Shown here: positions 37,046 through 49,493 of the stretch, piece after piece
How positions within the stretch are numbered: position 1 is the stretch's first letter
Layout of the letters: each line of letters starts with the position of its first letter
Assembly (NCBI GenBank): GCA_965644295.1
Contig: CBFFRP010000431.1
Coordinates: 248,001 to 312,000, forward strand
Length of the DNA: 64,000 bases
Direction: 5' to 3'
Source: Paraphysomonas bandaiensis
Taxonomy: Eukaryota; Protista; Chrysophyceae
Notes under the pieces: generated by a model
What the model was told of the DNA's origin: nothing
The model's database searches: none
Seen by the model: the letters and a program-made list of their open reading frames with translations, nothing else
Program-made: the position numbers and the translations under genes

Positions 37046-37789
37046 GATACTGCTGTATATAGCAGCTATCCACAGTATACAGCACCACTCGCTCCGTTTT
37101 CCGGTGCCGCTGTTTTTTGAGGTGCCATTCTTTGGTGTGTTTTTTATCATCAGAATTGCAATCGGATCTTCATATAGATATACATGTATGTATATTCCTT
37201 TAAAATCATCATATTTGTACACTCCTGTCATAATAAATACACCAATACATAAGAATGGATAGTTCCTGTGGTTAGTCACATCAACACTGATATCTGGTTG
37301 AAATATCAGATGATGGGGAGTGAGAGGGATGTATTCCTGGTCCTCTGAACCTGGTGATGTACTCAGCGTTGTTGCCGCTTCCTGTAAGCTCATTGTTTGT
37401 ATTTTTAGGGGAGATAATCATTCAGCTGCTATGTAGACAATAGGGAGTCTTCCATGCGCAGACCTCACTTCATTATTAGTCTCATTTGTAGTGTATTTGC
37501 GGATATATATCGGATCTATGCGATATATGGCTTCATTGTGTTTGTGTCATCTGCATTGAAGTGTAGGTATTTGAGTGGAAGAGTATATAAGTGTGTTATA
37601 TTGTCTCTTGTTGCATTCTGCTGCTTGTTTACATGATTATAGATGCTAGTGCTACACATAACCTCGTTATTATTACGTATTCTCGTTACAATATTTTAAG
37701 ACTGTGTTTTCACGAATATTGAAGTCGTCATCTTATGGCATATCAGCATAGATTACCTATTCACCAGCTATACATGTATGTACTCAGTG

Positions 37790-38670
37790 TGTTCATGTTC
37801 ATGCAACAGTTCAAGATCTAGATATGTGGTATATGTTCTGTGTCTTCGCTCTGTGTGCTTCATACAACATATATAGACCATGTATGTGGCATATGTTCTC
37901 TGTATGTGCTTCATACAACACATTGAGACCATATATGTGGTATATGATCTGTATGTTCGCTGTGCTGTGCTGTAAGTACACAGCACACAGAGACTGTGTA
38001 TGTGAAATGTGCTCTGTATATTCACTCTGCGTGCTTCATACAACACGCAAGAACTATATATGTGGTATATGATCTGTATGTTCGCTGTGCTGTGCTGTAA
38101 GTACACAGCACACAGAGACTATCTGTATATTCACTCTGCGTGCTTCATACAACACGCAAGAACTATATATGTGGAATATGATGTGAATATATTACTCTGT
38201 GCTCTTCATGCAACATACAGGGACTATGTATGTGTTATATGGTGCGTAGTATCACACTTTGCCCCTCATACAACACGCAAAGACTATATATGTGGTATAT
38301 GGTATATGCGTTCACTCTGTGCGCACCATGCGACACGCAGGGACTATATAAGTATTGTATGATGTATGTATTATGTATTCACTATGTGCTCTTCATGCAA
38401 TACACAAGGGCTATTTGAGTGCTATATGATGTGTATTTTTGCACTCTGTGCTACATATAACACAGAGAGACTATTGAAGTGTTTTTTTAGTGATCTGTAT
38501 GTTTACTATGTGCTCTTCGTACAGTACACAAGCACTCAATGTATGGTATATGACGTGTAGTTTCGCTCTCTATGCTTCGTATAGTAGCCGGGGATTATAT
38601 CAGTGTTATATGATGTATGTGTTTACTCTCTATGCTTCGTATATCGTGTATAGTATATAGTACATAGGGA
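37790..38670. repeat. Degenerate ~60-bp tandem minisatellite in left arm (~14 units)
   Basis: Recurrent unit ttcactctgYgtgcttcatacaacacRca.gactatatatgtggtatatgatctgtatg. Confidence 0.85.
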
Positions 38671-39190
38671 TATAGCTTGGATAGGCTGACAGCCAAGGCT
38701 GAGGCCAAAGAAAAGAGAGACGAAGAAAAAGTATTGTTACGAGGAATGTCCATCGCCGAGAAGCGTCAGTACAGACTTGATAAAGCAATCGAGGCCCTAA
38801 GAACACTTGATGACAATGGGGCGATGGAAGTAGCGTAGCATATGGTTGTAGCTAGCATAGCGTATGGTTAAGTTTGATGTTGCTGATTTTTTAATTTGAA
38901 CACTGTAATCCACAGTGCACGCTTGTTTTTAGTTTTTAATAGATAACGTATTTTTTGCTTTAAGGGTTTACTATTTACATAAGTACTTTACTATTGTACT
39001 AATCTGGCTTCCTATCCCATCGTGTACAGTTGGCAGTAGCACTCTAAGTACTAATACTACACAATAAAATATGACAATTTAATGTCATTTTCCACTGTTA
39101 TTAAAATTCTACTCGACGGAGTTTACAGAGTAAACATATAAACCCAGTGCTATATACAACTGCAAAGTGCTGCGCCTACTACCTACATAG

Positions 39191-40071
39191 TCCCTATGTG
39201 CTATATACTATACACGATATACGAAGCATAGAGAGTAAACACATACATCATATAACACTGATATAATCCCCGGCTACTATACGAAGCATAGAGAGCGAAA
39301 CTACACGTCATATACCATACATTGAGTGCTTGTGTACTGTACGAAGAGCACATAGTAAACATACAGATCACTAAAAAAACACTTCAATAGTCTCTCTGTG
39401 TTATATGTAGCACAGAGTGCAAAAATACACATCATATAGCACTCAAATAGCCCTTGTGTATTGCATGAAGAGCACATAGTGAATACATAATACATACATC
39501 ATACAATACTTATATAGTCCCTGCGTGTCGCATGGTGCGCACAGAGTGAACGCATATACCATATACCACATATATAGTCTTTGCGTGTTGTATGAGGGGC
39601 AAAGTGTGATACTACGCACCATATAACACATACATAGTCCCTGTATGTTGCATGAAGAGCACAGAGTAATATATTCACATCATATTCCACATATATAGTT
39701 CTTGCGTGTTGTATGAAGCACGCAGAGTGAATATACAGATAGTCTCTGTGTGCTGTGTACTTACAGCACAGCACAGCGAACATACAGATCATATACCACA
39801 TATATAGTTCTTGCGTGTTGTATGAAGCACGCAGAGTGAATATACAGAGCACATTTCACATACACAGTCTCTGTGTGCTGTGTACTTACAGCACAGCACA
39901 GCGAACATACAGATCATATACCACATATATGGTCTCAATGTGTTGTATGAAGCACATACAGAGAACATATGCCACATACATGGTCTATATATGTTGTATG
40001 AAGCACACAGAGCGAAGACACAGAACATATACCACATATCTAGATCTTGAACTGTTGCATGAACATGAACA
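39191..40071. repeat. Degenerate ~60-bp tandem minisatellite in right arm (inverted copy)
   Basis: Reverse complement of 37790-38670. Confidence 0.85.
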
Positions 40072-41015
40072 CACTGAGTACATACATGTATAGCTGGTGA
40101 ATAGGTAATCTATGCTGATATGCCATAAGATGACGACTTCAATATTCGTGAAAACACAGTCTTAAAATATTGTAACGAGAATACGTAATAATAACGAGGT
40201 TATGTGTAGCACTAGCATCTATAATCATGTAAACAAGCAGCAGAATGCAACAAGAGACAATATAACACACTTATATACTCTTCCACTCAAATACCTACAC
40301 TTCAATGCAGATGACACAAACACAATGAAGCCATATATCGCATAGATCCGATATATATCCGCAAATACACTACAAATGAGACTAATAATGAAGTGAGGTC
40401 TGCGCATGGAAGACTCCCTATTGTCTACATAGCAGCTGAATGATTATCTCCCCTAAAAATACAAACAATGAGCTTACAGGAAGCGGCAACAACGCTGAGT
40501 ACATCACCAGGTTCAGAGGACCAGGAATACATCCCTCTCACTCCCCATCATCTGATATTTCAACCAGATATCAGTGTTGATGTGACTAACCACAGGAACT
40601 ATCCATTCTTATGTATTGGTGTATTTATTATGACAGGAGTGTACAAATATGATGATTTTAAAGGAATATACATACATGTATATCTATATGAAGATCCGAT
40701 TGCAATTCTGATGATAAAAAACACACCAAAGAATGGCACCTCAAAAAACAGCGGCACCGGAAAACGGAGCGAGTGGAGCAGTGGAGTACCAGCCATATCC
40801 ATATATGTCAGCACGCTCTTAACTTTCACACACTTCGACTTCACCTCTTCAAAGCACACTTCATTTGTGTTCATATCTACCACATACATATCCGAATATC
40901 TTCTGCAGTATCACACTGATATTGTGACAGGAGACTTACTTACTGGATGTCTATCACTGTATTTTAAACATTAACATCCATATCCCCTCGTCATATCCAT
41001 ATATCCATACATATC

Positions 41016-41966
41016 ATGTCATATCACTCATCTGTAGAATCTATATCATCAATAATTCTTATATCACTCTTTATTCTATCTATATCTTCTTCTATATATG
41101 TTATTATACGTATAACTAAGATTGGTGCATTAACAATATCAGCTAAACTTGTATTATATCTCCACACAGCATGTATATTATGGACACTATCTAAACTACC
41201 ATTTATATATGATAATACCCCTCCATCATGTGTTATTATGGGTGTTATTTATTGGTATTGTACATTTTTTATGAGATTAGTATCGTATCTGATGGTATCA
41301 TCTATGAATTTACGTGTACTCATGTCTTTAGGTGTAGTTACTGCTGATGAGAAAATTGATATAAGTTTTACTTTGAAAATTCTATTATTTTTATTACCGT
41401 GTTTACCAGTTATCTATCCTCTTATAACTCATAGCTATGTAGCTGTGAATAATTGGTGTGATGTTAGTAGAGAGCGTGACTCAGGAGTAATATCTCGCAC
41501 GATATTTATCGCTATATCGTTTGTCCTCCAATCTGTGACGTTATACAAGTTGATTGTAGTAGTATGGGGTATGAGAGGTTTGGATAAATCCCAGTATGAC
41601 GAAATGATTGTCAAGCTCTTTCGGGGGCCAGGAACTTATCCGATAGTGAATATGGCTCTAACACTTATGGCTGACAGCATAATTGTTTGGGAACATACCA
41701 CTAGAGAGCACGAGTCCGACAGACGCAATTACTATACGGAATACTCGTTACTCGTAATTCAATGTATGTGTGGTATATTATTCTTCATCATCTTCCGACT
41801 TGAAGAAGCCAATATCAAGGTATTTTCAATGTTGTTGTATTGTCAGATACTCACTGTTGTAATACAGGCATTCGAAGTTTACTTCAGGGACATGAAGGAA
41901 TATGAGCAACTGCTGCTTGCAGAAAAAGAATCTACGATATCATCTGTGGTTTATCATGTTGTCTAA
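41016..41966 (+). CDS. Seven-transmembrane GPCR-like protein (cAMP receptor-like/GCR1-like)
   Basis: About seven hydrophobic segments, Cys before TM3 (PSCVIMG) and extracellular-loop NNWC. Probable in-frame 48-nt intron at 41820-41867. Confidence 0.75.
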   Translation: MSYHSSVESISSIILISLFILSISSSIYVIIRITKIGALTISAKLVLYLHTACILWTLSKLPFIYDNTPPSCVIMGVIYWYCTFFMRLVSYLMVSSMNLRVLMSLGVVTADEKIDISFTLKILLFLLPCLPVIYPLITHSYVAVNNWCDVSRERDSGVISRTIFIAISFVLQSVTLYKLIVVVWGMRGLDKSQYDEMIVKLFRGPGTYPIVNMALTLMADSIIVWEHTTREHESDRRNYYTEYSLLVIQCMCGILFFIIFRLEEANIKVFSMLLYCQILTVVIQAFEVYFRDMKEYEQLLLAEKESTISSVVYHVV

Positions 41967-42510
41967 GTTTCTTTTCAAATGCGATACTGAACAAAAGTAC
42001 AGCTTATTCACGACAACACTATTTAACTATACAGTCTAAGTTTTGTATACTGTCCGCCGAAGACAGCGAACACATCATCCAACATCTGTCCGTGCAGACT
42101 TTTAAATGGATGGTATATCCTAGTCTTAAATATCAGTATCAGAATAACGATACGTGGATATGTAACACTGATATAAATGTGGATGGCCTCACAGTGTAAG
42201 AACGTAAGAATCAAGATAGTTCACGGCTCATGTACTACCGTGCGCATTTCTCTGGAGTTATCTGTTTTATTGCCTCTCGAACGGCATCTAGATAATATAT
42301 GTAAATATCCTGACTTTAAATTTACTAAGAATAAATACGGTTCACAATCATATTCGGCAGGGCTGTATATACATACATATTGCACAGATTAGCTATTGCT
42401 AGTATGTAGTATGTAACATAAGCTGCACTGAATTGTATTTTGCCTCTATGCCAAGAAAAATATAGTATATACACAAGTAGAATTACTATTATTATTATCA
42501 AGAGCAAGTG

Positions 42511-44262
42511 CTAGGGCATCTTCGAAGCTAAACTGGATTCAGAAAACGTTTCACTCATTGTTTTTCCAGGTACAAAATACGAACTAGGATTTCTGGAGGC
42601 AATATGAAGAAGTTCGGTTACTCGAGGGTCACCCTCGTAATAATACGACAGCTGACGCAAACATGTAGTCACTACAAGCGCCACCACATCTATGAATTCA
42701 TTTTTTGTGTAATTATCTGACCCACTCGCAACTAAGGAGGAGAGAATGCTTCTATCATGTTCGAGTTGTTGTGAATTCGTTGTATTCGGTAAAGCATTAA
42801 CATCGAGGTGTTTCAGAGCTGTTGATGCAATCTCTTCAAGCTCCGATATATCACCATTTCTAACTTTTGTGTACTTCTGAAGACAACCTAAGGCTAAAAC
42901 ACTGAATCCTAACCCAGCAAGTACAGGAATCTGTTGCTGTCGATGTTCTGTTGTAACCGTATCAGGTCCAACTGAATCCGCAGTATGATCACGATCAGCA
43001 AGAAGCTGTGCACTACCCTTGGCAATTGTTACATATGCTGTTAGAAGAATTTCATTACAAGGATGTATTGCACCGGCCTTCGTTTCTGAAGCACAAAAAG
43101 CCACCAACTTTTTCACTACAGAGTTAATTGCAGACAAGTTTCGCGAAGAGATTGCGGTGGAGAGAAGAGAGCTACATGTAGCGACCTCTGATGAGCATCG
43201 AAAGGAAGCCCTTCCGCTATTCTTTGCATCACTAGATAAAGACAGTACGTCGTCCACAGGGAAGCTATTCTCGTCATCTGTGGGTGGGGAAGTAACGGAC
43301 GCAGTCATACAACGGCGACATCTGCATGTGAAAGAGTAAGCAGAAAGCAGCTGGGCCTGCCGCAGCGCAGTAGACTGATACAGGGGAATATAGTTATAGC
43401 ATAGCTCTTCTCCAGGTGAGATATCACGCAACGCCCGCATGACTAAGGCAGGGGGGCAACCGGGGGTCACAGTAAAACTATGAGAGCAGTTGGGATCACA
43501 GGAATGGTTCAACATACTCGTCATTGGGAACACGCCAAGGGCAACACTACGTTCTTTGCCGTCTCGTATACAATGCGCATTACACTGTATAGCAAGAAAT
43601 AAATGGTTCGCCTCGTCAATAGATAGGGGCAGGTCGCAGTCGTCTGCTATGTCAGCAATTGCAGAAGCAACTTGCAAAATTTGTTCTAAGGATGACTCCT
43701 CCATACTTCCAGTTGCTGCTTCGAGTGACATAACATGTTCAAATAGGTTTGACCTGTAAAATGGGAGGGGTCAAGTATTACGATTCATAAATGAGGAAGA
43801 CTACCTGCCCAATAAGGGGAATTGACGGGCGCCACTAGATTGGGGTTCTTGACTTCGTAGTGCCGCAATGCGAAGCACCAGACTACATGCATCCATTCCC
43901 CCTTCAATACCAAGCTCCCGCAATAGCTGGAACGCTTTTGTTTCCAGCTTGTGTGTTTTCTGATCTTTGGCCATGCATGCTTCACTGCAATAGCGCTGGG
44001 GATCACTCTGATGTACACCATACACTTTATTCGACTCAGGAACGTGGCCACAATATGCACAACAGCATTCAGAATATGGGCTCGTTACAACCATAGCATA
44101 TGGGTTCTCACATAGCACAATATCTCCTCTCTTATAAGCACATGGAGATATAAAACATCGACCTCTTCCATCAGAGTTTAACGTTAACTTTATATTACTA
44201 TCTGTATTGTTTAAAATCCAGTAGTCTCCATTACGAGTATATCCTGGCACTTCGCTATCCAT
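42511..44262 (-). CDS. SMYD-like SET and MYND domain lysine methyltransferase
   Basis: GRGRCF..GDIVLCENPY, MYND finger CAYC..RYCSEAC, SMLNHSCDPN, GEELCYNY, post-SET FTCRCRRC. Intron 43754-43804. Confidence 0.92.
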
Positions 44263-45323
44263 TGAACTGTACCTATCCTGCACTTCGTCTAATAAGATAA
44301 GAGATACAGTTGATTCAACAGCAGAGTATATATGTGTATGTTATGTGGTTATATAATAAATGGTGTCTGCGTCACTCTGCACACCTGCTGGACATATACA
44401 GTACATCATACACTGGTTTGTATGTATGGAGTGCATTTTTTCTGCTCATACCAGGGATTTTATGATAAAAATGGGGTTTTACTTTCGGTAAACTGGGAAA
44501 AAATGCGAAATAAGGAATGTACAGTTCTGTACATCATCTTGTGACTCTCGTGTATACCGTATCCGATATACATGAACCTCGCATCCTAAATAGATATTCA
44601 AGTTGTAGTTGTTTTGATGGACATAGTATCTTGCTATTGTTTTGGTGATTTTGTTGTGGTGAGCACGTCGCCCAGGCTTATGGTTAATCTTACCTATTCA
44701 GATGCAGGTTAGGATGCAATACAGGTGTGCAACTTATGCTTCATTTATTTTAATCATGGAAATGAAAGCTGGATGTACTGTAACTAACTTCGAAGAATCT
44801 TTATCGCAATACTGTAGTATTTTACCAACTGCACATAGCTTTTGATGCGCTCTTGCACTCATTCACATGTCAATTTTCACTTGAGCTCAAGAGGTGCGCA
44901 ATACCTATCTGTGAGGCATTCTCAGCCATATCATGTATGCTGTCATTTTCTTCATGAGCTAGATTTTAAAGGTGTGCGTTGTAACACCTTCAAATTATTT
45001 CATAGAGGTACAACTTTGGAATCGTGTTAAATCTATTGCACTCCGTATCATGTATTCAACATCTATTGTGGCGCAGTGAAAATTCAAGACTTAGCAAGAC
45101 GTTAGATATATAGCAACTAAACTGATAATTGATCAAGTGCTTACTTGTATGTAACCTGTTGATATTATGGAATATACCTAACACAATATACAGTATACAC
45201 TTAACACAATGAATATTGGTCAATAGTCCTTAATTTACGAAAGCGAGCAAATATTCTAAGTATAAATACAAAACTTTACGTTAACTACAATCGAAAGTTT
45301 TCACACTGGGTTCTATCTAGAAT

Positions 45324-46076
45324 TTACTTACTACGAAACGCGCGTGCAACGGCGACGGCAGTGATAGCAGCAAGCCCTACTCCAACCGCTGTCCAGGTAA
45401 CGGTGTCTTGAACTTGTTTGTTCTCTTCCTGTTGCTTTATTAAAATAGCTCGATGTAGTTCGCGGGCCTAAAACCAAACACAGTAACAATACAGATCGAG
45501 TAAATGCAGCAGTAACACGACATGGTGTTAGGCATCAATTGTTATTAGTATATTAGTATTGTACGATATGGCATATTTATACTGGATAGTAGCCAAGCAA
45601 ATCGTGTACTCCCATAACAGCCAGTACTCACCTGACTGTTGTCTGTGTTCTGGCGAAGAAGTTCTTCAACATAGTTTCGCGCTTGCTCATAGTCATGTAA
45701 GGCATAATACGATAATGATATCGTGTAGAGGCATTCATTGGTGTAAGACCTCGACATAAGATGTCTACTAAGTATAGCAATCGCCTTCTTCTTGCAATCA
45801 CGTCGATGGCTCTTCGCAAGCAGCTGTAAATAAAGATAAGCTTAATTCCATTACTGTGACTTCCAATAGAGTATATATTACACTCCGCCAAAGTCGACCT
45901 ACCAGTGCATATTGTAGCTCTAATTCTTTATTGTTGGGGTCTGAATTCCATTGGCTTTCAACTTCCCTAATAGTAATTAAACACTTATGTACGTGTTCAC
46001 ATTAATCATACCTTAGTAAATCATTATCAACTGTCTCTAGGGCGATTCTCTCATCTATTGTAACTGCTTCACTCAT
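45324..46076 (-). CDS. FIS1: Mitochondrial fission protein Fis1
   Basis: Spliced: LQYAL/LLAKSHRRDCKKKAIAIL, ECLYTISLSYYALHDYEQARNYVEELLRQNTDNSQ/ARELH, C-terminal TM AVGVGLAAITAVAVA with basic tail RAFRSK. Confidence 0.88.
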
Positions 46077-46931
46077 CGTTTCACAGCTTTAACAGATATA
46101 CAAATGACGTAAAATTAAATGATATAATATTACAAAGTTACACTTAAGAAACTTTAAAGCTGTGTAATACTATAATATAAATACTGTTATATGTAATGGA
46201 ATATATTAATAGAATATACTACTACACTCCTCTAAGAATACTATACTATGGAAGCACTAGTTGAGGTTGATAGCTACGTACAATATACTCACTCTATATA
46301 TATACTCTACATATGTTATGTATGTAGTTGTTGTACCAGTGGAATACTTCGCAATAGCATTCGATTATGTGTAAAGAAAAGTCTTAGAAGTTGAGAAATT
46401 TCCTGATTTTCAGTGATTTAGTAGTATCAAAAAAAACAGAAACAAGCTATATTTTGTAGTATCAAAAAAATAAGACCAAGGAGTGGAACAAGACCCCTTT
46501 TCTCCCAATAATTGTGAGAGAGAATGACCATGCAATGCATACTCTGTACATGAATAGACGTGATAGCCATATGTACAGCAGTACAGCAGTACAGTACAGC
46601 ACAGTACATGTATGTACCGCTGTGTACATCTCTGTATGTGGCCATAGATTCCATATATATATATACATACATTACAATCTCATTAAACTGGTATGAACCA
46701 TACCTATAAATGCCTTAATATAAGCATTGTAGCCTTATTTAGATTAATGTTATCCAGTAAATCTCTATACATTATCTCTTATTAGTTTATATACTACGTA
46801 CACGTATATATATATATATATCACATAACTACACGGATAGAGCCCTCTACCATCCATCTATCCATCTATCCATCTAATTCTTTTATCTATCAAATTACCA
46901 ATAAATTATTGTCTCATTTATCTTCATTGAT

Positions 46932-49493
46932 ATGATCAAGTGTATTGGGACATATACTAGACGGTATACACTGTACTTTAGGATCACTAGTAGTGGACAC
47001 TCTTACAAAGGGACTGATGTTGCATCTTACAGTAGATTATGTTACAATGCATCTCTTCCTACCACGTCAACCCCTTATATAAATCAACGTGTTCAGATGA
47101 TATCTACAAATCCAAATCCTTCACAGGAACTGGCAAACCTGACGGACACTGTTAAATCGACGAATACTATCACTGGACATGAATTATCAATGATGCTGGG
47201 CGGCATGTCTGTCAATCGCTGTGATGATCTTGGAGTAAAAAAAATGCTGGAAGTGTTAGGAGATAAACTCGAAATGTGCGAAGATGAAGTTAACATCAAG
47301 ATGTGTATGACTGGCTTGGAAAACATCGGCAGCTCGAGTTCGGAATCACAGAGATTGCTGTCGTTGCTTGCCAAAAGACTTTGTGACGTTCCCACTTTAT
47401 CCCCTTTAGCTTTAGCAGATATTCTATACAGTATGCGCAATATGCGTAGCGAAGATGCGGGTGTGTTGAGTTTAGTACGAGAGTTGGACCGATTAGTTCG
47501 TGTTTGCAGTAATCAAATGTCCACTGCTGTTGTGGTGCGTTGTCTACAAGGCTTATCCGGCTTGTCATCTGTACATTCGGAAGTATCCCGCCTTGTGGGG
47601 GCACTGGCTCCACGTGTAATGTCTTCTGAAGTCGCTATGGGTCCTCGTGATATTGCCATGTCTATGTCCAGCCTCCGTAGGAAGGATAGTGGCTCCAAAG
47701 ACACCAGATTGCTTTTGAGTGCCCTACAAAAGAAACTTCGAAATAATAGCTCCGCTCATTTTGATGCAGAGTCCTTAGTAATGTGCGTAAATTGTCTTCA
47801 ATCATGTTCAGTGTGCCCGCCAGTAGAGGGTATATTACAAGAGCTTGTTCCTCATATCGACTTGTGCTCCGATTTCACCGGTACTGATATATCAAGGATG
47901 ATGATCGGACTACAGAATATGACTTCGGCTTCTAATGCTGTCAATGATATACTTTACGCTCTGAATAAGTCCATACGATCACTCGAGCGGGGCTCTATGT
48001 CAAATGAAGATGCAGCGATGGCCTTGAGCGGAATGAAGCGTATGACTACCGAGTCGAAGGCGGTAGTTTGGATGTTAAACAACCTATCTGACAGACTTAA
48101 AGAGCGCGAAGATACTATTCATGATTCGTTTATACATATGGCGTTCACCGGTTTTCAGTCTATGAACTTCCGTGCTTCGCGCGATAATATTAACAAAAAA
48201 CTTCTTCAAGTTCTTGCTGGCAAGCTCAGGCATAATTTGACCCTGCGTTCTACTCATGTATCAGTTGTAGCATCTGTGCTACGTGGACTGCAGAATTTTT
48301 CAAGTGATAATGATGCCGTGCGGGGGGTTCTCGCGCAAGTTCGCCACATTCTATGGGAAGGACGTGGACGCATGAGTGCAACCGATGTCAAGAACTGCTT
48401 GCTTGGTATGCAGAGCATGACCTGCGAACACAACGGTGTGCCGGAGTTGTTGGCAGCCTTGATCCCTCATTTGAATCGGTGCAATGATGTTTTCACTTCT
48501 AGTGATATTTCGTGGAGTGTATATGGATTGCGGTATATGGGAAGCGAAAACCGTGCAGTGAGAGGAGTTTTAAAGGCTTTAAGTCACCGTCTCTCATGCT
48601 GTGATTCTGTGTTTTCTACAAGGGATGTGTCCAATATGGCGTATGGGCTTCAAGGTATGGTGAGAGGGTCTACTCAATTGAAAGGGCTTCTAACTGAATT
48701 CACATCACGAATATTAGCATGTCATGATGAATTTACATTTGTGGAGTTTTCGTCGGCTTTGTATGGCATGCAAGGTTTTGATGTGACTCACAGTGAGTCT
48801 AGAGATATTGTTGTGGCAATGTGCACACGACGATTTAGCGAGAGGGATATCAATGCCTACTCCATGCAGTTTGCTCTCTTTGGTTTGATCAATGCTGTTC
48901 AAAATAGGATTGATCAAGCAGAGTCATTGGCAGTTGTTCTACTCGATCACACTGAAAGTATACTTTCACGCAATCCTAACCAACGGTTGAAGGAGGTGTA
49001 CTGGCTTAGCCTTTGGCAAGCCGTAGCATTTATGTCGCACTCACCGTCGGAGCTTCGATCAGAGTTAAAGCAACGTTTAGATATTGTTCGAACGCTACTT
49101 TATCCTCGCCTGCCATACACGTTATCTACCGAGAGAAAATCCTATATGGAACGGAAAGTGGCGAACAGGCTGAAAATACTATTGCAGGAGCGTCCGCACA
49201 TATCTATGTCTTGTGGAGAGATTTTTGATGGCTTTTCCACAGATATTATGCTCAAAGTTTCAAGATGTAGTGGTACGATTGCAAAGTATGATGTATACAA
49301 TATTGAGACTGACGGACCAAGCCATTTAGTTGCCAGGAAGATGTCATACTTCAACCGAAGAGATGCGTATTTACTAGATGTTCATAACATAAAAGTTATC
49401 AGGCTAAAGCAACATGAGTTTGGATTTTGTTCTGGAGAAAAGTTGGATGGAGTTTTAATAGATCACTTAAAGCCATATGGTATATTAAATTAA
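46932..49493 (+). CDS. Helical-repeat (40-aa period) protein with C-terminal RAP domain, probably organellar RNA-binding; intronless
   Basis: RAP motif GFSTDI..NIETDGPSH..RRDAYL..IKVIRL. About 12 repeats of type FxxxDISxxLYGLQxMxSExxxVxxLLxxLxxxLxxCxxx. Basic, hydroxyl-rich N-terminus. Confidence 0.82.
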   Translation: MIKCIGTYTRRYTLYFRITSSGHSYKGTDVASYSRLCYNASLPTTSTPYINQRVQMISTNPNPSQELANLTDTVKSTNTITGHELSMMLGGMSVNRCDDLGVKKMLEVLGDKLEMCEDEVNIKMCMTGLENIGSSSSESQRLLSLLAKRLCDVPTLSPLALADILYSMRNMRSEDAGVLSLVRELDRLVRVCSNQMSTAVVVRCLQGLSGLSSVHSEVSRLVGALAPRVMSSEVAMGPRDIAMSMSSLRRKDSGSKDTRLLLSALQKKLRNNSSAHFDAESLVMCVNCLQSCSVCPPVEGILQELVPHIDLCSDFTGTDISRMMIGLQNMTSASNAVNDILYALNKSIRSLERGSMSNEDAAMALSGMKRMTTESKAVVWMLNNLSDRLKEREDTIHDSFIHMAFTGFQSMNFRASRDNINKKLLQVLAGKLRHNLTLRSTHVSVVASVLRGLQNFSSDNDAVRGVLAQVRHILWEGRGRMSATDVKNCLLGMQSMTCEHNGVPELLAALIPHLNRCNDVFTSSDISWSVYGLRYMGSENRAVRGVLKALSHRLSCCDSVFSTRDVSNMAYGLQGMVRGSTQLKGLLTEFTSRILACHDEFTFVEFSSALYGMQGFDVTHSESRDIVVAMCTRRFSERDINAYSMQFALFGLINAVQNRIDQAESLAVVLLDHTESILSRNPNQRLKEVYWLSLWQAVAFMSHSPSELRSELKQRLDIVRTLLYPRLPYTLSTERKSYMERKVANRLKILLQERPHISMSCGEIFDGFSTDIMLKVSRCSGTIAKYDVYNIETDGPSHLVARKMSYFNRRDAYLLDVHNIKVIRLKQHEFGFCSGEKLDGVLIDHLKPYGILN

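Larger units (their letters stand above)
37085..40776. mobile_element. Foldback-like non-autonomous element: 1586-bp inverted arms, 520-bp spacer, AGCA 4-bp flanking duplication
   Basis: Arms 37085-38670 and 39191-40776. Mirrored ORFs translate identically and their coordinates sum to 77861, so there are no net indels. AGCA at 37081-37084 and 40777-40780. Confidence 0.8.

Noticed and set aside
37790-40071. Possible CRISPR-like or guide-RNA array
   Set aside because: Units are degenerate along their whole length with no clear constant repeat plus unique spacer, and no associated nuclease gene; eukaryotic context.
36968-40974. Mirror-image ORFs within the inverted arms (e.g. MSLQEAATT..., MLCIFTLRAS...)
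   Set aside because: No recognisable domains and low-complexity composition; explained by the repeat structure.
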